Shown: in pieces, positions 63,430 through 64,000 of the stretch
How positions within the stretch are numbered: the stretch's first letter is position 1
Layout: the number at the start of each line of letters is the position of its first letter
Source: a virus
Lineage: Duplodnaviria; Caudoviricetes
IMG/VR virus record: IMGVR_UViG_3300025126_000016
Coordinates: 10,264 to 74,263 of that record
Reading direction: 5' to 3' (one strand)
DNA length: 64,000 nt
Notes under the pieces: model-generated
Database searches by the model: none
Told to the model about the DNA's origin: nothing
Seen by the model: the letters and a program-made list of their open reading frames with translations, nothing else
Made by a program: the position numbers and the translations under genes

Positions 63430-64000
63430 ATGAAAAAGGTAGATGTATTGGACCACGGTTACGTGGAACTCCTTCGTGTGGATGGCAACGATGAATTTCT
63501 CGCACAGACAGCAAGAACATCGACGCAGAGTTCGGGTGATCCGCAGAAGGATGCACGACTCGTTACTCGTCTTGTTCGGGATCGGCACACTAGTCCTATT
63601 GAGTTTGGGGGAGTAGTCCTCGAAATCAAGATGCCAATCTTCGTTGCAAGGCAGTGGATGCGTCACCGCACCGGAGCCTTTAACGAGTTCTCCATGCGGT
63701 ACACCGAGGCACCAAACGAGTATTATGTTCCAGAGCCAGAGCGGTGTCAGGCACAGAGTACCTTCAACAAGCAGGGTTCGGCTGAGCATCTGGGCGACGA
63801 TAACGCAGAGGAAATCCGTAAGGTTATCGTCGGCAACTCTGAATCTGCCTACGAAATGTACCGGCATCTTCTGGAGTTGGGCCTCACTCGCGAGCTTGCC
63901 CGTTCGGTCCTGCCAGTCAACTTCTACACGAAGGTCCGCTGGAAGATCGATATGCATAACCTCATGCATTTCATGAAGTTACGGGAAGATGCTCATGCTC
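63430..64000 (+). CDS. thyX: FAD-dependent thymidylate synthase, partial, runs off window
   Basis: HTSPIEF, RQWMRHRTGAFNEFSMRY signature, ELARSVLP, NLMHF. Confidence 0.96.
   Translation, partial: MKKVDVLDHGYVELLRVDGNDEFLAQTARTSTQSSGDPQKDARLVTRLVRDRHTSPIEFGGVVLEIKMPIFVARQWMRHRTGAFNEFSMRYTEAPNEYYVPEPERCQAQSTFNKQGSAEHLGDDNAEEIRKVIVGNSESAYEMYRHLLELGLTRELARSVLPVNFYTKVRWKIDMHNLMHFMKLREDAHA

Larger units (their letters stand above)
1..64000. mobile_element. Segment of a large lytic tailed bacteriophage genome (siphovirus-like, alphaproteobacterial host)
   Basis: Complete head-tail module with long tape measure protein, own replication and nucleotide genes, 17 tRNA or tRNA-like genes, alpha-type two-piece tmRNA; no integrase or host housekeeping genes seen. 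Confidence 0.97.

Noticed and set aside
1-64000. Prophage or temperate lifestyle
   Set aside because: No integrase, att-like tRNA duplication, CI/Cro switch or host flanks in this window; the rest of the genome is unseen

Overview
The window is a 64-kb segment of a large lytic tailed phage (siphovirus-like) infecting an alphaproteobacterium, most plausibly a sphingomonad. No integrase, CRISPR array or host chromosomal genes are seen. Left to right it carries: tail, head and packaging genes (mostly minus strand, 1-16.7 kb); primase-helicase and dCMP deaminase; an endolysin; a five-gene tRNA cluster (minus, 23.8-24.2 kb); a low-coding region rich in IHF-like sites that may hold the genome end (25.0-25.8 kb); small early genes including bL12-like and RMF-like proteins; rIIA/rIIB, a DNA methylase and DNA ligase; a two-piece tmRNA and two more tRNA clusters (42.6-45.4 kb); then helicase, RNR, DNA polymerase, nucleases, spanins/holins and ThyX. 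The main candidate for an undescribed system is a pair of codon-matched leader ORFs. Two of the tRNA operons each begin with a sigma70-like promoter and a tiny ORF enriched in the amino acids whose tRNAs lie directly downstream: MRNNLSPLSSYRLSLLD precedes Ser/Ser/Tyr/Leu/Leu, and MRYMNVNHWRPNTHAWVRHPMREQAVGG precedes Met/Asn/Pro/Trp/His. Each is followed by hairpins that compete with the acceptor stem of the first tRNA. This suggests ribosome-stalling attenuators that switch on replacement tRNAs when host tRNAs are depleted; the function is inference. Other oddities are a 57-nt tRNA lacking D and variable arms, a full tRNA cloverleaf inside the tmRNA intervening segment, and an unassigned 210-nt structured RNA. 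Several genes carry single-base frameshifts that may be assembly errors. All protein calls come from motif recognition by eye; no database searches were run.
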